Source of the DNA: the human T2T-CHM13v2.0 reference genome, Homo sapiens
Length of the DNA stretch: 64,000 nucleotides
Assembly: GCF_009914755.1 (NCBI RefSeq)
Contig: NC_060932.1
Strand: one strand, 5' to 3'
Shown: one piece after another, positions 13,583-30,607 of the stretch
Layout of the letters: every line of letters begins with the position of its first letter
How positions within the stretch are numbered: the stretch's first letter is position 1
Notes under the pieces: generated by a model
Databases searched by the model: none
The model's input: only the letters and a program-made list of their open reading frames with translations
What the model was told of the DNA's origin: nothing
Translations under genes and position numbers: made by a program

Positions 13583-16500
13583 TATGATATATTTCTCCTT
13601 TCTTTTCTATTACTCCTTGGAGCCTACAATGGCTCATCTTAGTTCCCTGTAGTCAAAAGTGCCTCCTTAGTTGCATCTCAACTCAGATGCAAACTGGAAA
13701 ACAAATAAAAAGAGAGAGAAAGGCATAGAGACATACATATTTTAGAATTTCTTTGGTGCTGTATCCTGTACGCCCCCTTCCCTGACATCTCCCTGTCTTC
13801 ACTCCCACCCTGTTTACCTTAGCCCCACTTCACTTTCATCTCCTGTCACTATTCTTCAATATTGCCTTCTGCAGAACAGATAGAACGCCTTCCTTAGGTA
13901 GGAAAAAGGGAAAAACCTTTCAAGGAGCCAGCCTATGCTGTTCTGAGTAAGTCAGTCAGTCATCTCAAGTACAGAATCACATAGACTATGTGTTGTTAAG
14001 TATTAATATGATTTCATTGTTTTGGTATTTCGAATACCATGGGCATGGTCAGTATTTTACCCTTGTCATCTCAGTTTTTAACTAGAAAGAAATGCTATAA
14101 AGATTAGGGGAGATGATATTTATGAATCCCTTAGAGACTTAGATTTTCAAAAGGTGCTATTTAGAAAATAATGTTATTTTAATTATGTTTATGATTTCTA
14201 CAAATAGGCCTAATTTTCGATGATCTGACACAAGGAAGGGAGGTAATAGGATATTTGCTTTGAGTAAATGAGGCTCTCCTAGCTAAGCTACCCCAGTTAT
14301 TGATGAGTGACTGACAAAAATCTTCAGGTAGCATGTTCTGCTTTAGCCAGGATTCAGGGGGTGCTATGACATGGGGCAAGATCTACAGACTGAGCACATA
14401 TGTCCTCTGAAAGCTGCCTTTCCTTTAGTTATTCACCTGTGTCCAATAATTTTTTTATTTTGGTAATTATGAAAACGATTCACTAAGGCTAATTTATATG
14501 TGTGAGTTTTAGCTCAAGATTATCTTTTCTTTATTTGATTTTGGAAAGAAGCAAAGTAGCTCTTTGGAATAAAAAACTTGCTGGAGAGTCCTATGCCCTA
14601 GGACATATAATATCTTGTCCTCCTCCCCTCCCAAACTCCATTCACCCCCTCCATAACATCCTCCCAAATCAGGTACTATGTAGCCAGGTATGTTAACACT
14701 CAACTTTTACCAGATGAATGAAATCAATCCCTATTGTGGCTGAAAAATACGTGCAATTAATTTACACATATAGAAGCTCTGCAGCTTGTGGTCATTATTT
14801 TACTTTGTTTTTATTGATCAAGGTAAATCCATTATCTGTTGATCAATACTAACTGAAATGATACAGTGTCAGAGAATTAAGTAATATTAGATGAGGAGAT
14901 AAGAAATATGTTCCTGTTTTGCCATTATCTAGCCCTGTGTCTTTGGATAAGGCATTTTACTTTGCACCTTAGTTTTCTCATACGTAAAGTGAGGGAGATA
15001 GCCTGGAAAACTTCTATGGTGTTTTCAGCTCCAAAATTTTAAATTCTATGACTTTATAGTTGAAATATAAACTTTATAAGGATATGACATATTTACAATT
15101 ATGGCTTTTTGAGTAGAAGGAAAACTTGAGTAGAAGGAAATCTTCAATTACATAATATATTTAACTTGTACACATAAAAACCCCCCAAACCTTGAGATAA
15201 TTGATTTTACCTAAATGTTCATCCCTTTCCCTATTTTCAGCCAGCTCTATACCCATATTATGTTTATGACATAGTTTCAAGCTATTTGCCATGTATCCAC
15301 CAACAGAAATTTACAGAAGAGAGTACTTTCTAGAATTTACCCATTACGGTTACAAAAATAAATTATTTTGTTGTATAAAATGAGGGAAAAATAATGTGAG
15401 GTTTTCATGAAAAACTTCAAAGTCTAATGGAAGAATAAGGCAGGATGTGGTTCTATTTATTTAAAACTGTTTAACTTTTTAGGTCCAAGGAGTGATATGA
15501 ATTCCAAAAGGAATGATTTCCAGGAGGAAGAGAAACTTTTGATGGTTGGCCTAATAAAATAGAACTACACATTAGTGAAACTGAATTCAAAGGCGCTTCC
15601 AACGCTGCTGCACACAGATGAGCCCTCTCGCTGGATCCCGTCCAACCCCAACGGCTGCGCGCACTGTAACCACCATGTGTCATCTGCAAACCAGATAGTT
15701 TCTGTGCGGGAAAGACCAGCCAGCTTTCTTGGCCAAGCTGCTGCCATAAAACACACTAGTGATTTGGTTTTTCATGTTTTTTTTTTAAGATATGCTTTGA
15801 TGCACAGGATACGTTTGGTCTCACATTGTCCAGAGCACTATCAGAAATGACTAGTTGATGAATGTTGTACCAGAATCAGGTCACATTTTGACAGGTTGTT
15901 TTGTGTCACTGCAAATCATTGCTTTACAATATGGACTTTTTTTCCCCCTTAACTTTTAAATCTTAAGCGTAAGAATATAAAGTGCGGCTAAACACTCTCA
16001 AACATTAGGAGTAATCTGCCTTTAACAACTTATATGCATCAGCTGCCTTTTGATATCGTTTGCAAAAAGCAAAGGCATCATGGGATCTCTTAAAAGAACT
16101 GGAAAACTAAATGTCAGAACTGCATTTTTACACTCAGCTAGAGAAATTCCTGCCTCGTATAAAACACCTACGTTCTAACACCTCGTGTTTGCTTTGGAGA
16201 CTTACAAAGAGTTAATACAGCTTGTTTGGCATCAGATATTGGTATAATGGGCTTTTACTGAAGTAATTAAAATTTGTTTATAATTAATACAGATGAATTG
16301 GTTTCTGCACAATAATAGTTAGGAGATTAACAAAGGCCACATTTTGGCAACAGGACTACATTCTTTTCCAAGTGCTGTGGGACCTTATCCAATGAATGTC
16401 TGTCCAATCCGGCTGATTCTTCAGAGATGCCATATGGCACAGCTATGCATTATGACTTTTTTTTTCAAAAAGGCAGCCATATGACATAACTGATCTTTAA

Positions 16501-16903
16501 AACGTTGTCAGAAGGCATTACCTGGGTAGGCTTTGAGCTGCTTTCCAAAAACTTAGCAAGCACAGGGGCTATTAATTATGAGCAAAAGAAATGTGCACGC
16601 GCACACTGGAAATTTGGCATTCTTTCCTCCCTAGTCACGGCTGATCATCTCTCAAGCCGTTCTACTTGGGGAAGTAAGGAGTCTTTTTAAAAAAAATGTC
16701 TAACAGTGAAAAAAGAACATATTCTGCATTAAAATACGTATTCAGCAATTTCACTACAAAATGTCTTTGTACTTGACCCAAACATGCACACATTTTGCTA
16801 CCTGTACTTTCACCATATTCACTAATTTAAAAAATATATATAATGCTATTTACAACCAAAAGTTTCACAATATTTGAGGTACTAATATGGTGCAGAAAAA
16901 GAA

Positions 16904-17184
16904 TTTTTTTTTTTTGAGACGGACTCTTGGAGTGCAGTGGCTCAATCTCTGCTCACTGTAACCTCTGTCTCCCAGGTTTCAAGCGATTCTCCTGCCTCAG
17001 CCTCCTGAGTAGCTGGGATTACAGGCAAGTGCCACCACGCCTGGCTAATTTTTGTATTTTTTTTTTTAGTGGAGACGGGGTTTCACCATGTTGGTCAGGC
17101 TAGACTCAAACTCCTGACCTCATGATCTGCCCACCTTGGGCTCCCAAAGTGCTGGGATTACAGGAGTGAACCACTGCGCCCGGC
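16904..17184 (-). mobile_element. AluS with small internal deletion
   Basis: gagacggactcttggagtgcag lacks ~16 nt of consensus; TSD agaaaaagaattttt. Confidence 0.9.
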
Positions 17185-17643
17185 AGAGAAAAAGAATTTT
17201 TGTGTGTGTTTGTGTGGTGGTAGTAGTTGATTTCTATTTGACATCTTTATTTTCTGCACTCAATTTCAGATAGCAGAAAATATAAATTGCCCAAGTATTT
17301 TCTTTCCAATGTCCTCAGAAAATTGGGTTGTGCAGAGGGGGACATTCATTTTAAACTTTCCATTTTTGTATGTGCTTAGAAAGAGTTGATTGCATTAATT
17401 TCCATTTTTAAACACTGTATTAAAATTTGGAGAACTCTATACGCTAGGAGAAGGGGAATAGAGAACAAATCAATGGAATCAGTGGACTGGATGCAGCTAC
17501 AGCCTGGATGAGCAGAGCTACCTCTGCATTATTCTATGCTCACTCCTTCTAGCCTACTGCTGCTCTGTACGTATTCTGATAATGTTTACTGGACTTCTCC
17601 ATTCCGATCTCAAATTCAATGTATGTCATATAAAACTCCCTCA

Positions 17644-17947
<304 letters not shown>

Positions 17948-18101
17948 TCAAACTTGTTCCTTTCACCGTCTTCCTTTTCTCTGTTAATGTCCACTCCATC
18001 CTTTTAGTAAATCAGTTTTTCAGTCATCTTTGACTTCTCTTTTTTCCCTCATGCCCCATTTCACCCACCATCAGATCCAGTGAACTTTAACCCCCAAAAT
18101 G

Positions 18102-18410
18102 CAGTCAGCCCTCCATATCTGTGGGTACTGCATTGCAGATTCAACCAATCACAGATTAAAAAATTTCAGAAAAAATAATAAATACAACACAAATTTAAAA
18201 AATACAAATAAAAATAATACAGTATAACAACTATTTACATTGCATTAAGTATTATGAGGTAATCTAGAGATGATTTAAAACATAAGGGAGAATATATGTA
18301 GATTATATGCAAATACTACATCATATTATATCGGGGACTTGAGTGTCTGTGAATTTAGTTATCTGCATGGGTCCTGGAACCAATCCCCCATGGACACCAA
18401 GGGACAACTG
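18102..18410 (+). mobile_element. Tigger3a-like (TcMar) non-autonomous element
   Basis: cagtcagccctccatatctgtggg...ggtcctggaaccaatcccccatggacaccaagggacaactg terminal inverted repeats. Confidence 0.85.
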
Positions 18411-18755
18411 TATACCCTGAATTACTTTACTTCTAGCTACCTTTACTGCTAGGATTCTAGTTGTAAGCACTACCATCTTTCTCTTTTGTTATTATAGTAG
18501 CCTTCTGTTTCCCTGTTTCTACCCCTCCTTGCCTAAAAGTTTTCAAGACAGCATTCCCAGTGATCTCATCAAAGTAAATGTTAGATCATGTCTCTTTCCT
18601 GATCAAACTTTTCCAATGGCATCCAAGCTCACTTGGAATAAAAGTCAAAGTCCTTACCAGACCTACAGGCCCTACACGGTTGGGTCTCTTGTTACTTTGA
18701 TAGGCACAGTATGCACCTTCTGCCTCAGGGCTCCTGCATCTACTGCTTATTCTCT

Positions 18756-18959
18756 CAGTGGTGTTTCGGGGTGCAATCCTACTGACTTGTGGGTGAATTG
18801 TTAAATTGTCGGGAATTGTGCTAGCTGGTTGTAAACCAGTGGTAGCTGGAAATCAGCCAAAGTGGGAGCATTTACACCAAGGAAACTGGCAAAATCTAAA
18901 AATTAGGTCTCCTCATCCCATGAAGAGCTCGTTGTTAAGCATTTCCCAGAACGCCACTG
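18756..18959 (+). mobile_element. MER63A-like (hAT-Blackjack)
   Basis: cagtgg...ccactg termini; gtgggagcatttacacca core. Confidence 0.7.
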
Positions 18960-19672
18960 TATTTTCCCTTCCTGGAATGTTCTCCTATTACAGGAGCACC
19001 TCCTCCACTTCTTCAACATTTTTCAGGTCTTTACTTACTGAAGACTATTTAATAGTCAGGTCCCCTGTGACTATCCCATTTAAACTATAACCACCTCTCA
19101 ACCCCCTCTTCTGTATCCCCTCATTATTTTTCTCCATTAAACTTGTTATTTATATATTTATTTTTAGTTTATTTTGTGTCTTCCTGCAATAGCATATGGA
19201 ATGAATGCATAATTGAATGAATTAATACTCCATCATATATCTTCCGATGCTGATAACCAGATAATAGCTATCAGAGTTCTACTTCACCATATAGCGCCTG
19301 AAGTGCTAATTTTTAAGAACTAATTATTTGGAAATAATTTATTTTATTTGAAATAATTTTGATTTCATAGAAGAGTTGCAAGAACTGTATTTTAAAAAAA
19401 ATTTTGTATACCCTTCACTCAGATTCAGTAGTTACTAACATTTTGCCACATCTATCTATCTAGGGTTTTTTTTTTTTTTTTTTAAGCAGAACTATTTTAG
19501 ATGCTTTGTCCACATCACAAACCTTTATTTTAGCTAGAATCTTTTCAGAAAAAGGATATTCTCTTATATAACCACAAAATTATGGTTACCCTTAAGATAT
19601 TTATCGTTGACAAAATAGTATTATTTAATACGGTTTTCATGTTTAAATTTTGCTACCTGCTCCCAAAATGTC

Positions 19673-19973
19673 CTTTTTTTTTCTTTTCTTTTTTTTTTGA
19701 GATGGAGTCTCACTCTGTCACCCAGGCTGGAGTGCAACTGTGCAATCTTGGCTTACTGCAACCTCCGCCTCCTGGGTTCAAGTGATTCTCCTGCCTCAGC
19801 CTCCTGAGTAGCTGGGATCACAGGTGTACACCACCACGTGGGGCCAATTTTTGTATTTTTAGTAGATACGGGGTTTCACCATCTTAGGCTGGTCTCGAAC
19901 TCCTGACCTCATGATCCGGCCGCCTCAGCTTCCCAAAGTGCTGGGATTACAGGCATGAGCCACTGTGCCCAGC
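19673..19973 (-). mobile_element. AluS
   Basis: Dimer; TSD aaaatgtccttt. Confidence 0.9.
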
Positions 19974-21102
19974 ATCTAAAATGTCCTTTTAACACTTTCT
20001 TCTCTCCAGCTCAGCATCCAATCCAGCACCATAAATTGCATGTTATGCGTTGTTTCACAGTTCATTGATAATTCTTGCCTGATGGTCATACGATGGTGAT
20101 TTTAAAAATTCTCTTATTCTTTCTACACTTATTATTTGTCATTCTATTATAAGGAAGAGCTTTTCCTTTTCCCTAATATACTGTCAGTATGAACTAACAT
20201 AATTCACCTTATTTGATGCCTTACAATCTATTATTGTTATTATTTTGATGTAAAATTGTCCCAGATTTGTTCAGTGAGATCCTCTTTCAATGAATCCTTA
20301 TGTCCCTTTGAGATTACATGTCCCTGTCTTTCTTTAGAGTACTTCCTCACATTTTTGTATAACAAGATTTTTTAAGGTTAATCTTGTAGTTTTCCTGCCC
20401 CAGCGTGAAATCAACCATTTTTCAAAGAAGTGTGACTTTTTCTAGTGAAAAATGGTATTTATAAGCCAACATATGAGCCCTGGATGTTTTCATTGCTACC
20501 AAGGTACCATTTCTTCTAGGCCTTTTCAGTAGGCAGAATTGGAAAAAAAAGGCATTGCTTATGAACCATAAATCTATGTGTATGTGTATGTGCATGTATA
20601 AAATATGTAAAATAATGTTCCTTTCCCTCCTCCAAGTCACTCTGTCTACATATGTGTATTTGTGTGTGTGTGTGTTTGTGTCTGTGTGTCTTTGTATGTA
20701 ATCATTAAGATTTTTGGAACACCATATAAATATATGTGTGTAGATGAGCATGTGTATGAATAAAATCATGAGTTAATGATAACTCTAATTCCAAATTAGC
20801 AGCAAAGGGTTCTTTCTTATTTTCTACCATTATGTGTTTGTATTTTTCTTCTCTCACAGTAAGAACTCTATCTCCCAAGGATATTAACATACTCATTTGG
20901 TCAATTCTATGATACACACAACATAGATTCAGAATCACTATGTCCACACTGCTCTGGAAGCAAGAAACAAACTTTCTAGGTAGAGTTCAAGATGTGTTGG
21001 AAATTTCCTTTGCTTTTAAAATGATTTATAATTAAAGTACTATGTTCAAAAGCTACTTGGTTTTTTTTCCTCTTTCCTTCAAAGTGGTTATATTGTTTCT
21101 TT

Positions 21103-21566
<464 letters not shown>

Positions 21567-21897
21567 TTATTTCTTTATAATATAGTTAGGGTCTTTTTTT
21601 CTGTTTGTATGTAGTTTGACTTTGTCTTCCCATCCTTGTTTATTTAATTTTAAATTTCAAATATGTAAAACATCAAAATAGTTCAAAAATTCAAAACTAT
21701 GCAAAAACAAAGTTCTCACTCAGAAAAGTGTTGCTCCTTCTGCTGCTGCTTTCATCTCATTCCCAACTACCCCATGTAAGAAATCAGTTTTGTTAGTTTC
21801 TGGTTTACCCTTTCTGCCTATTTATGTTTGTTTGCAAAAATAAACAGATAGCATGAGTATTTTAAAATTCTTCCTTCTTCCTTACACAAAAGGTAGA

Positions 21898-22210
21898 GGC
21901 TGGGCATGGTGGCTCATGCCTGTAATTCCAAAACTTTGGTAGGCTGAGGCAAGAAGATTGCCTGAACCCAGGAGTAGGAGACCAGCTGAGCAACATAGTG
22001 AGACCTCATCTTTACAAGACACCTAAAAAATTAGCTGGGTGTGGTAGCGCATGCCTGCAGTCCCAGGTGCTTGGGAAGCTGAGGTGGGAGGACTGCTTGA
22101 GCCCATGAGGTCAAGGCTGCAGTGAGCTGAGATGGTGCCACTGAATTCCAGCCTGTGTGACAGAGCAAGATCCTGTCTCGAGAAATAAAAATAAAATAAT
22201 AATAATAATA
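21898..22210 (+). mobile_element. AluJ
   Basis: Diverged dimer with (aat)n tail. Confidence 0.88.
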
Positions 22211-22344
22211 AGTAGAAGATTATACATTCTTTCTTGTACTTTTTATTTAATTTTTAAACAATATACACTAGAAACCACTTCAAGTCAGTTCACACAGATT
22301 TTCCTCACAGAAATTTTCCTCATACCTTTTCCTCAGTCTCCCCG

Positions 22345-22672
22345 TTTTTATTTTATTTATTTATTAATCTATTTATTTGTTTATTTATTGAGACAGAGTC
22401 TTGTTCTGTCACTCAGGATGGAGTGCAGAGGTGTGATCTCGGCTCACTACAGCCTTGACCTCCCAGGCTCAAGTGATCCTTCTACCTCGGCTCCCAAGTG
22501 GCTGGATCTACAGGCACACACACCAGTACACCCAGCTAATTTTTAAATTTTTCATAGAAACAAGGCCTCACTGTGTTGCCCAGGCTGGTCTCAAACTCTT
22601 GGGCTAAAACAACCCTCCCACCTCAGCCTCCCAAAATTCTGGGATTATAGGCGTGAGCCACCATGCTTGTCC
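22345..22672 (-). mobile_element. AluJ
   Basis: Diverged dimer with (ttta)n tail. Confidence 0.88.
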
Positions 22673-23185
22673 TATTCTTCCCCTTTTAAAAAAGTAACTG
22701 CATAGTACCTCATGACCTCATATGGTGTATGAACCATAGTTCATTCAACCTATCTACTACATATGAACATTTACATTGTTTCCACTATTTGGCAATTACA
22801 AATAATGCTATAGTGATAAAGTCCTAAATTTTAAGAGTTTAGTTTTCTTAGTTTCAGATTACTGTTAAAATAAGATAAGCCTGGAAACCATGACTATTGA
22901 AGTTACTTTCAGTCATTTATGTCACACTGTGAATGCATGATAGGACAGCATTCTTTCATGGTAATGTAAGAAACATGGCAGCACACAAATTCATTGAGTG
23001 CGTAGGCAGTGTGTATGTGTGGGAGTGGGCAAGAATCCACTGAGGGGGGATTTAGGGCAGGGAGGGAAAGTGGGTAAAGCAAATTTCTTCTACTGTCAAG
23101 TTGGATTGAAGCCTAGTTTGTGCTTGATGTTTTATTTATTTAACAGATACTTATAGAGAACGTGTCCTTTGTTAGGTGCTTTTTA

Positions 23186-23666
<481 letters not shown>

Positions 23667-24686
23667 TTATTCCAGGCAAAGAAAATAAGTGCGAAGGTAG
23701 GCACTGAGGTTGAATTTCTCTTGGTGAATTCTAGGAACTTGAACTAAGTGAAAGAGAAGTGGTCTGTGAGGAGGAGGCTTCTAAAGTGCCATAATCCAGT
23801 TTCCTTTTTTTTTTTAGATCACCTTTCCTACCATGTGAAGAAAAAACTGCAAGTGTGCAGAAGTGGAAGCAGGAACTACACACTGAAGCCTAGGTCAGAG
23901 AACATGGTGGCTTGAGCTAAGGTGGGCTCAGTATAGATAATGAGAAATAATCATATTTAAGCTAAATTTTAAAACAGGACCCATAGGGCTTTCTAATGGA
24001 TTGTAGAGGGTGAGGGAGAGAAATCAAAGATAACTCCTAGATTTTATCTTAATCTAGTCTGGGGAATGATACAATTGTGCTCTTTCACAAGCTGTCAGAG
24101 ATATAGCCTACTTTAATAGCTTTATGTTATCACAACGCTTGTTAGTTAAAGCCCTGTCAACTTATTGCATCCTTGCTATAGATAAAGATTTTCCTAAAAA
24201 CAAGTGGCATTGTGGGAAGAAGGAAATATATGAACTATGAGAAATGAATGAGAACAAAATTCTGTTAAAAATAATCTATAACAAAAAACAAGTCAGTCCT
24301 TAATGATTCAGTAATTGATTCATTCATTGTTTTTCAATTCAAATTTTTAATCCAATGACGATTGAATGCTTGCCCATCCCAGCCACTGTCCTGGGTCTTG
24401 GGGATATACTGTAGAACAACACAGATATGGACTCCATTGTTATGGAGCTTACAGTCGAGTGTGGAGACCAACATTAACCTAATCACACCCTCCTCATGGA
24501 ACCTAGTACTCGATAGACACTATGCTCCATCTTTATTAATTTGAGATTATTTATCACATGACAAAACAGTTGGCTGATCAAATTATACTAATGTGTGAGG
24601 CACAAACAGTCTTCTTTATTGGTGATATTTGCTTTAACTGAGAACCAATGAATTTCTGAATACTATTTTATAGAACTCCCTTTTCT

Positions 24687-25041
<355 letters not shown>

Positions 25042-25371
25042 CTAAATAATGTATTTTATGACAGCTGACCATTCCTTTTTCAGAATATGACCAAAAACAA
25101 AAGAGCAGGTAAAAAATATTTTTAAAGTTCTTAAAAGGACTTAAATGACAAGTAATCATTCCTGGAAAAAGCTTAGGAAGGTATTAGAATGTCTCCTCCT
25201 TTCATGGTAAATATTTAGCATGGTTATACTAACTGAAGATGGTTGCAAGATCACCTTACCTATTTCAAGTATAAAGTGTTATACTCATTGGTGTAGATGT
25301 TTACTCCATTGTCGATATTTGGATTGGATGATTTGCAGGACAGGTAATGGTCTAAAACTGATTCTAAAACT

Positions 25372-25560
25372 GATTCTCAGTGTTGTTCCTATACTAGCCA
25401 CATGAGCATTAACTGAAAACTTGTTAGAAATGCAAATTTGGGGGCTTTATTACAGACCTAGTAAATCAGAAACTTGGGGAAGGGGTATGTGGAGGGGTAG
25501 TAATCTGTCATAACAAACCCTCCAGGTAATTCTGATGCTTAATGAAGTCTGAGGCTATTG
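25372..25560 (+). mobile_element. MER5A-like
   Basis: aacttgttagaaatgcaaatt...aatcagaaact...aacaaaccctccaggtaattctgatgc. Confidence 0.75.
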
Positions 25561-25696
25561 GAATAAATAAAGGACATATTTTCCATTCATTCATCCAGCA
25601 CAGTTTCACTGATTACTTAATGTGCACTTGGCACTCTCCTAGGTACTAGGATGTAGCAGTAAACAAGGCAAGCTGGATTCCAGTCAGAAAGTATAT

Positions 25697-26175
25697 TGTG
25701 TCAGTTAGGTCCAATTAGGAAAACCCAAACTGCTTTAAATATTCAAAACAGATGAAGTTTAATTGATTACACAGGAAATGGAATTGCTGTGAAGACAATA
25801 GGAAATAGTGAGAAAACTGAGATTAGCAACAGCAAGAAGTCACTACTGCCCCTGGGCTGCAGGGCAAAAGCTAATAGTGCTATCAGAGCTCAGGGGCCAA
25901 GGTCACCTGGCAGGTCTGTCTGTAGGTAGCTGGAGGCACAAAGGTGTGGCAAGTGCTGCTTCACACCTGAGGCCACTTGGGCAGAGAGGGATGGGGAGAT
26001 ATATCCTAGCTTCTTTCTTCTTTCTTCCTACCAGTACCTCCCATTGACCAAACCTAGCAGGAAACCTGCTGTTGCAGGGCCTGAGATATTCAGCCGCAGG
26101 TAATGATCCACTGTGATACAGAACAGAGCTGAGGAGGCTGGAGAAGCAAGAGGGCAAACAGCTTAGCATTAGCAC
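25697..26175. mobile_element. Old ERVL-class solo LTR (LTR33/LTR41/LTR67-like; subfamily uncertain)
   Basis: tgtgtcagttaggtccaattaggaaaac...gagattagcaacagcaagaag...ctcccattgaccaaacctagcaggaa. Confidence 0.55.
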
Positions 26176-27531
26176 ATGTGCATTCTAGGGGATTCAGAGG
26201 ATTGCTTGAATGCTCTACGCAGACTCCTCCTTGCACCTGTAATTTGCAGATAAAAGTTGAGAAACATTTGAAACTTGCACAATATATGAGAAGTCTGAGT
26301 AAATTAAAAACAAGGGGTATTGCAGGGAAAATAAAAGTTCTAATTTATTTTTTATTCTGTCATTGTAATACATTTGTATTCTCTCCTAAACGAATGAGAT
26401 ATTTAGCATGAAAAGATGTTCATGTGCAAATAGAATAGGTGGATTAATTATACCACATTTACTATCAATTCATTTTTTAATACTGACTACAGTGATTTAA
26501 GCTTTCAAAAAGCTAAGCGCTCACACAAATCATGTCTCCAGAGACTTTGTGCTTTGTGCTGATCAATAATTATTCTGTTAATTATGGAGATATAAGCAAA
26601 ATTAGGCCATTTATAATTCTGCATGCACAAGAACAACTCTTCAAAGCTGAAATTACCTTTCTGTTTAGGTTGGCTTAATACTCTGGAAGATGATTAGACC
26701 ATATTCTCAATTAATCTTTTGGCAAGTACTATTTTCTTATTTTTCTACCAAATATATTGTGATTTTGAAAGAATAAAAACTAAAAATCACCATCAACCTA
26801 AATATATATATTTTTCCTATTGGGTTTATATCTACCCTGAAAACATTTTTTGTGAAGAGATCTTTTATTCATTCAACAAATGTTTAGTGCATGCTTATTT
26901 AGTGTAAAATATTGTGGGGGATTAAAATAACTTTAAGAGTAAAGTTTGTGTATAGAGAAAAAACAAGGCTGGGTTTTAAACAACTTTCCAGTCAGAAAGA
27001 TTTTGATTGTTAGATTTGTGACCTTACTTTAATTAGTTAACTTGTCTGAATTTGTTTTTTCCTCTGCAAAATGGGGACCATCACATCTATCTCACAAAGA
27101 GCTGTGAGAATTTAGGAGAACAATATACATTTGTATGGGTCTACTGCTGTGTTTGGAAGACACTGAGGATAGTTGTAACGATAAATGCCAGCCCATTTCC
27201 TAAATTCTCTGCATACTTTTCCTCTTCCTAGATAATTTCATTTCTTTGCATTTGTTCTTTAATGCTGCCTAGCTTCCTCTGCACCTTTCTTGTAGCCTTC
27301 CTCTATTTTTCACTATTAGAATAATTGACCATCATTGGCGGTTAATCCCAATGGAGAGAAAAGCTCTCTTTCTCATTCACGTCCTACTTTGATATTGGCT
27401 TCATCCATTCATTCATTCAAAGATATTTATTGAGGATCTACTATGTTCCAAGTACTCTTCTGAATGAGAGGCCTAAGTTCTACTTAAACTAAACAAGATG
27501 TTTTCCTCATTCAATTAAAAAGGGCATTTCA

Positions 27532-28041
<510 letters not shown>

Positions 28042-28712
28042 TCATGGCCAAGTGCCAGCGCAAGCCTGGAATGCTGCATGGTGGAGGCTGGTGATAAAAG
28101 AAAGAACAAAGGTGCAGGATTAGGAGAGGAGAATGAGAGGTATCAGGGTCCATTTGCATGAGCACTATTCTTCCTTCTGTAAGATATGGAAAGTGAAGAG
28201 GAACATTTTCGATTTTTGATTGCCAGAGGATCATTCTGGCTACTTGGTAAAAGAAGGTCTGTAGGAGTAAGGAGGCGGTAATCAGGGACAGAGATGATGG
28301 CTTCAACTACCTTCAGAGTGCTAAAAATGGTGAAAAGGGGAGCAGATTCAGGATACATTTTCAGGATAGAGCCAATAGAATTTGCTGATAATTGGACATG
28401 GGAACTGAGAGAAAGAGAGCAGGCAAGCGTGACTTCAAGGATTTTGATTTGAGTAACTGGAAAAAAATCTCTGGTGGAATATAGACACTGGTGAGGGAGA
28501 AAGGCAGCAAACAAATGAGCCCTAATGAATTGCAGTTACTAATTTGATGGGACTTGTGGGGGGTCAGGAGTGATGTAGCCAAAGTGGTATTTAAATTGGA
28601 ATCTGAAAGATGAGTAAGAGTTAGTTGTGTGAAGTGCGGTGTGTCTTCAGGGGTGGAGTCAGTGGAGGTTATAAATTTTAACATATACAAAGACCCTGAG
28701 TCAGGGAAGAGC

Positions 28713-29068
<356 letters not shown>

Positions 29069-30228
29069 AGAGTCAGGGAAGAGCCTTAAAGCATGTAAGT
29101 TTATAGCATACTGTAGACTCAACAAAATAATCCAACCTACAGTCTTCATTTGTATCTCCTCCACTATTGATGCACTAGTATTGCCCAGGTCCACATATAC
29201 CAAAATCCTTGTGTTTATTTCTCATTCACCAAAATTCTAGTTATAAGCCCTGGTTATAGAGCTATCTCATTTAAAAAAATATTTTACTTTGGGAAATAAA
29301 TAAAAAGTTCAAAGGACAATAAAACACTCCTATTCCCACCGCCCAAAATTAATATCTATTTAATCATACCATTTTCCTGTCTTTTCAAAAATAGAAATAA
29401 GAAATTACATATGGAGCCAACTTCTCTTAAACCATCATCCACACTATTTCTTTCTTTTTGCCCTCAATGCAAGCAACTATGAATTTGATGCTTTTTCTTC
29501 TGGTTGACTTTATATGTTTTTACGTACATGTATATAATCACTTCTGTATGTACACCAATAGAATATTTTTGCTTTTGTCAGTTTTTTAAATAATTTACAC
29601 AAATATACACTACATTTACTATTAAGCATCTTCTTTTCTATTTTATTGTTTTAGTTTATGTTACTACTTCTTTATTTCCTGGTTTACTCTTTATTTATTG
29701 ACTTCCTACTATAGAAGTTGAGAATACATATGTTTTTTCTTATTATCGTTGACACACATAGCATCATTTCCATTCTCCTCATAAAAATTTGTATTTAATA
29801 ATTTTATTATGATGATTATGTAAATGCTATTCACAACTGGCCACAGGGTATACCATATTTATTTATTTTTTCTCCTGTAAACCACTTGCTTTTCCTGGAG
29901 TTAATAATTGCCTTTTGTTTGTTTCCCTGTTTTTTTTAAAAATATTTTGTGTACTTAACACTAGTGTAACCACAAACTCTGCATTCTGTTTATCAATCTC
30001 ATGGTTCAGGCACTTCAGACGTTCTATCCATTTCATTTTCTGTTGGAATCACTTTGGAGAACTTTGACTACTTCAATCCTGGCTGGCAGTTTCTGCATCT
30101 ATTATAAAACTTATATTCTGGGACCTTCTTTCATCACCAATCCAGGGATTCCTTTCATCTTCCTTCATCTCCCTCTTCCTGCTGTACACCTGTCTCCCTG
30201 TATCCTATGTCCTCTTTCTTCTTTTTTC

Positions 30229-30259
<31 letters not shown>

Positions 30260-30607
30260 CATTTCCCCATTTGGATGATGCTATTTTTCAGTCGCATTGT
30301 GAGAAAGAATGCATAGGAAACACATATTGATACTTTATATGCTTTATTTTAGCTGTACACTTGTTACAAATATTTGTGTGCCTCTGCTTCTATGCTGTAT
30401 TGGAAATTCTTTGAGGACAGAGACTCTTAGTGATCTTTGTGTCTCCAGAGGGCCAAGTACAACTGAACTATTAAAAATAATAACAATTGGTAAATTGTAT
30501 AAAATATACGTGGTGTCTATCAAGATCCTGTATTTGGACACAGATTGTGAAATTTAAACTATTATAGAGATATTTCCAAATATCTGTACACGTGGCATCA
30601 TATTGAC

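Larger units (their letters stand above)
17960..19220 (+). mobile_element. L2 3' region (fragmented, hosting DNA transposons)
   Basis: gttagatcatgtc...acttggaataaaagtcaaagtccttacc...; ends near gaatgaat. Confidence 0.6.

Noticed and set aside
15471-15850. Overlapping short ORFs in the CpG-containing block
   Set aside because: No recognisable domain and no convincing splice-site pair; explained by locally higher GC content
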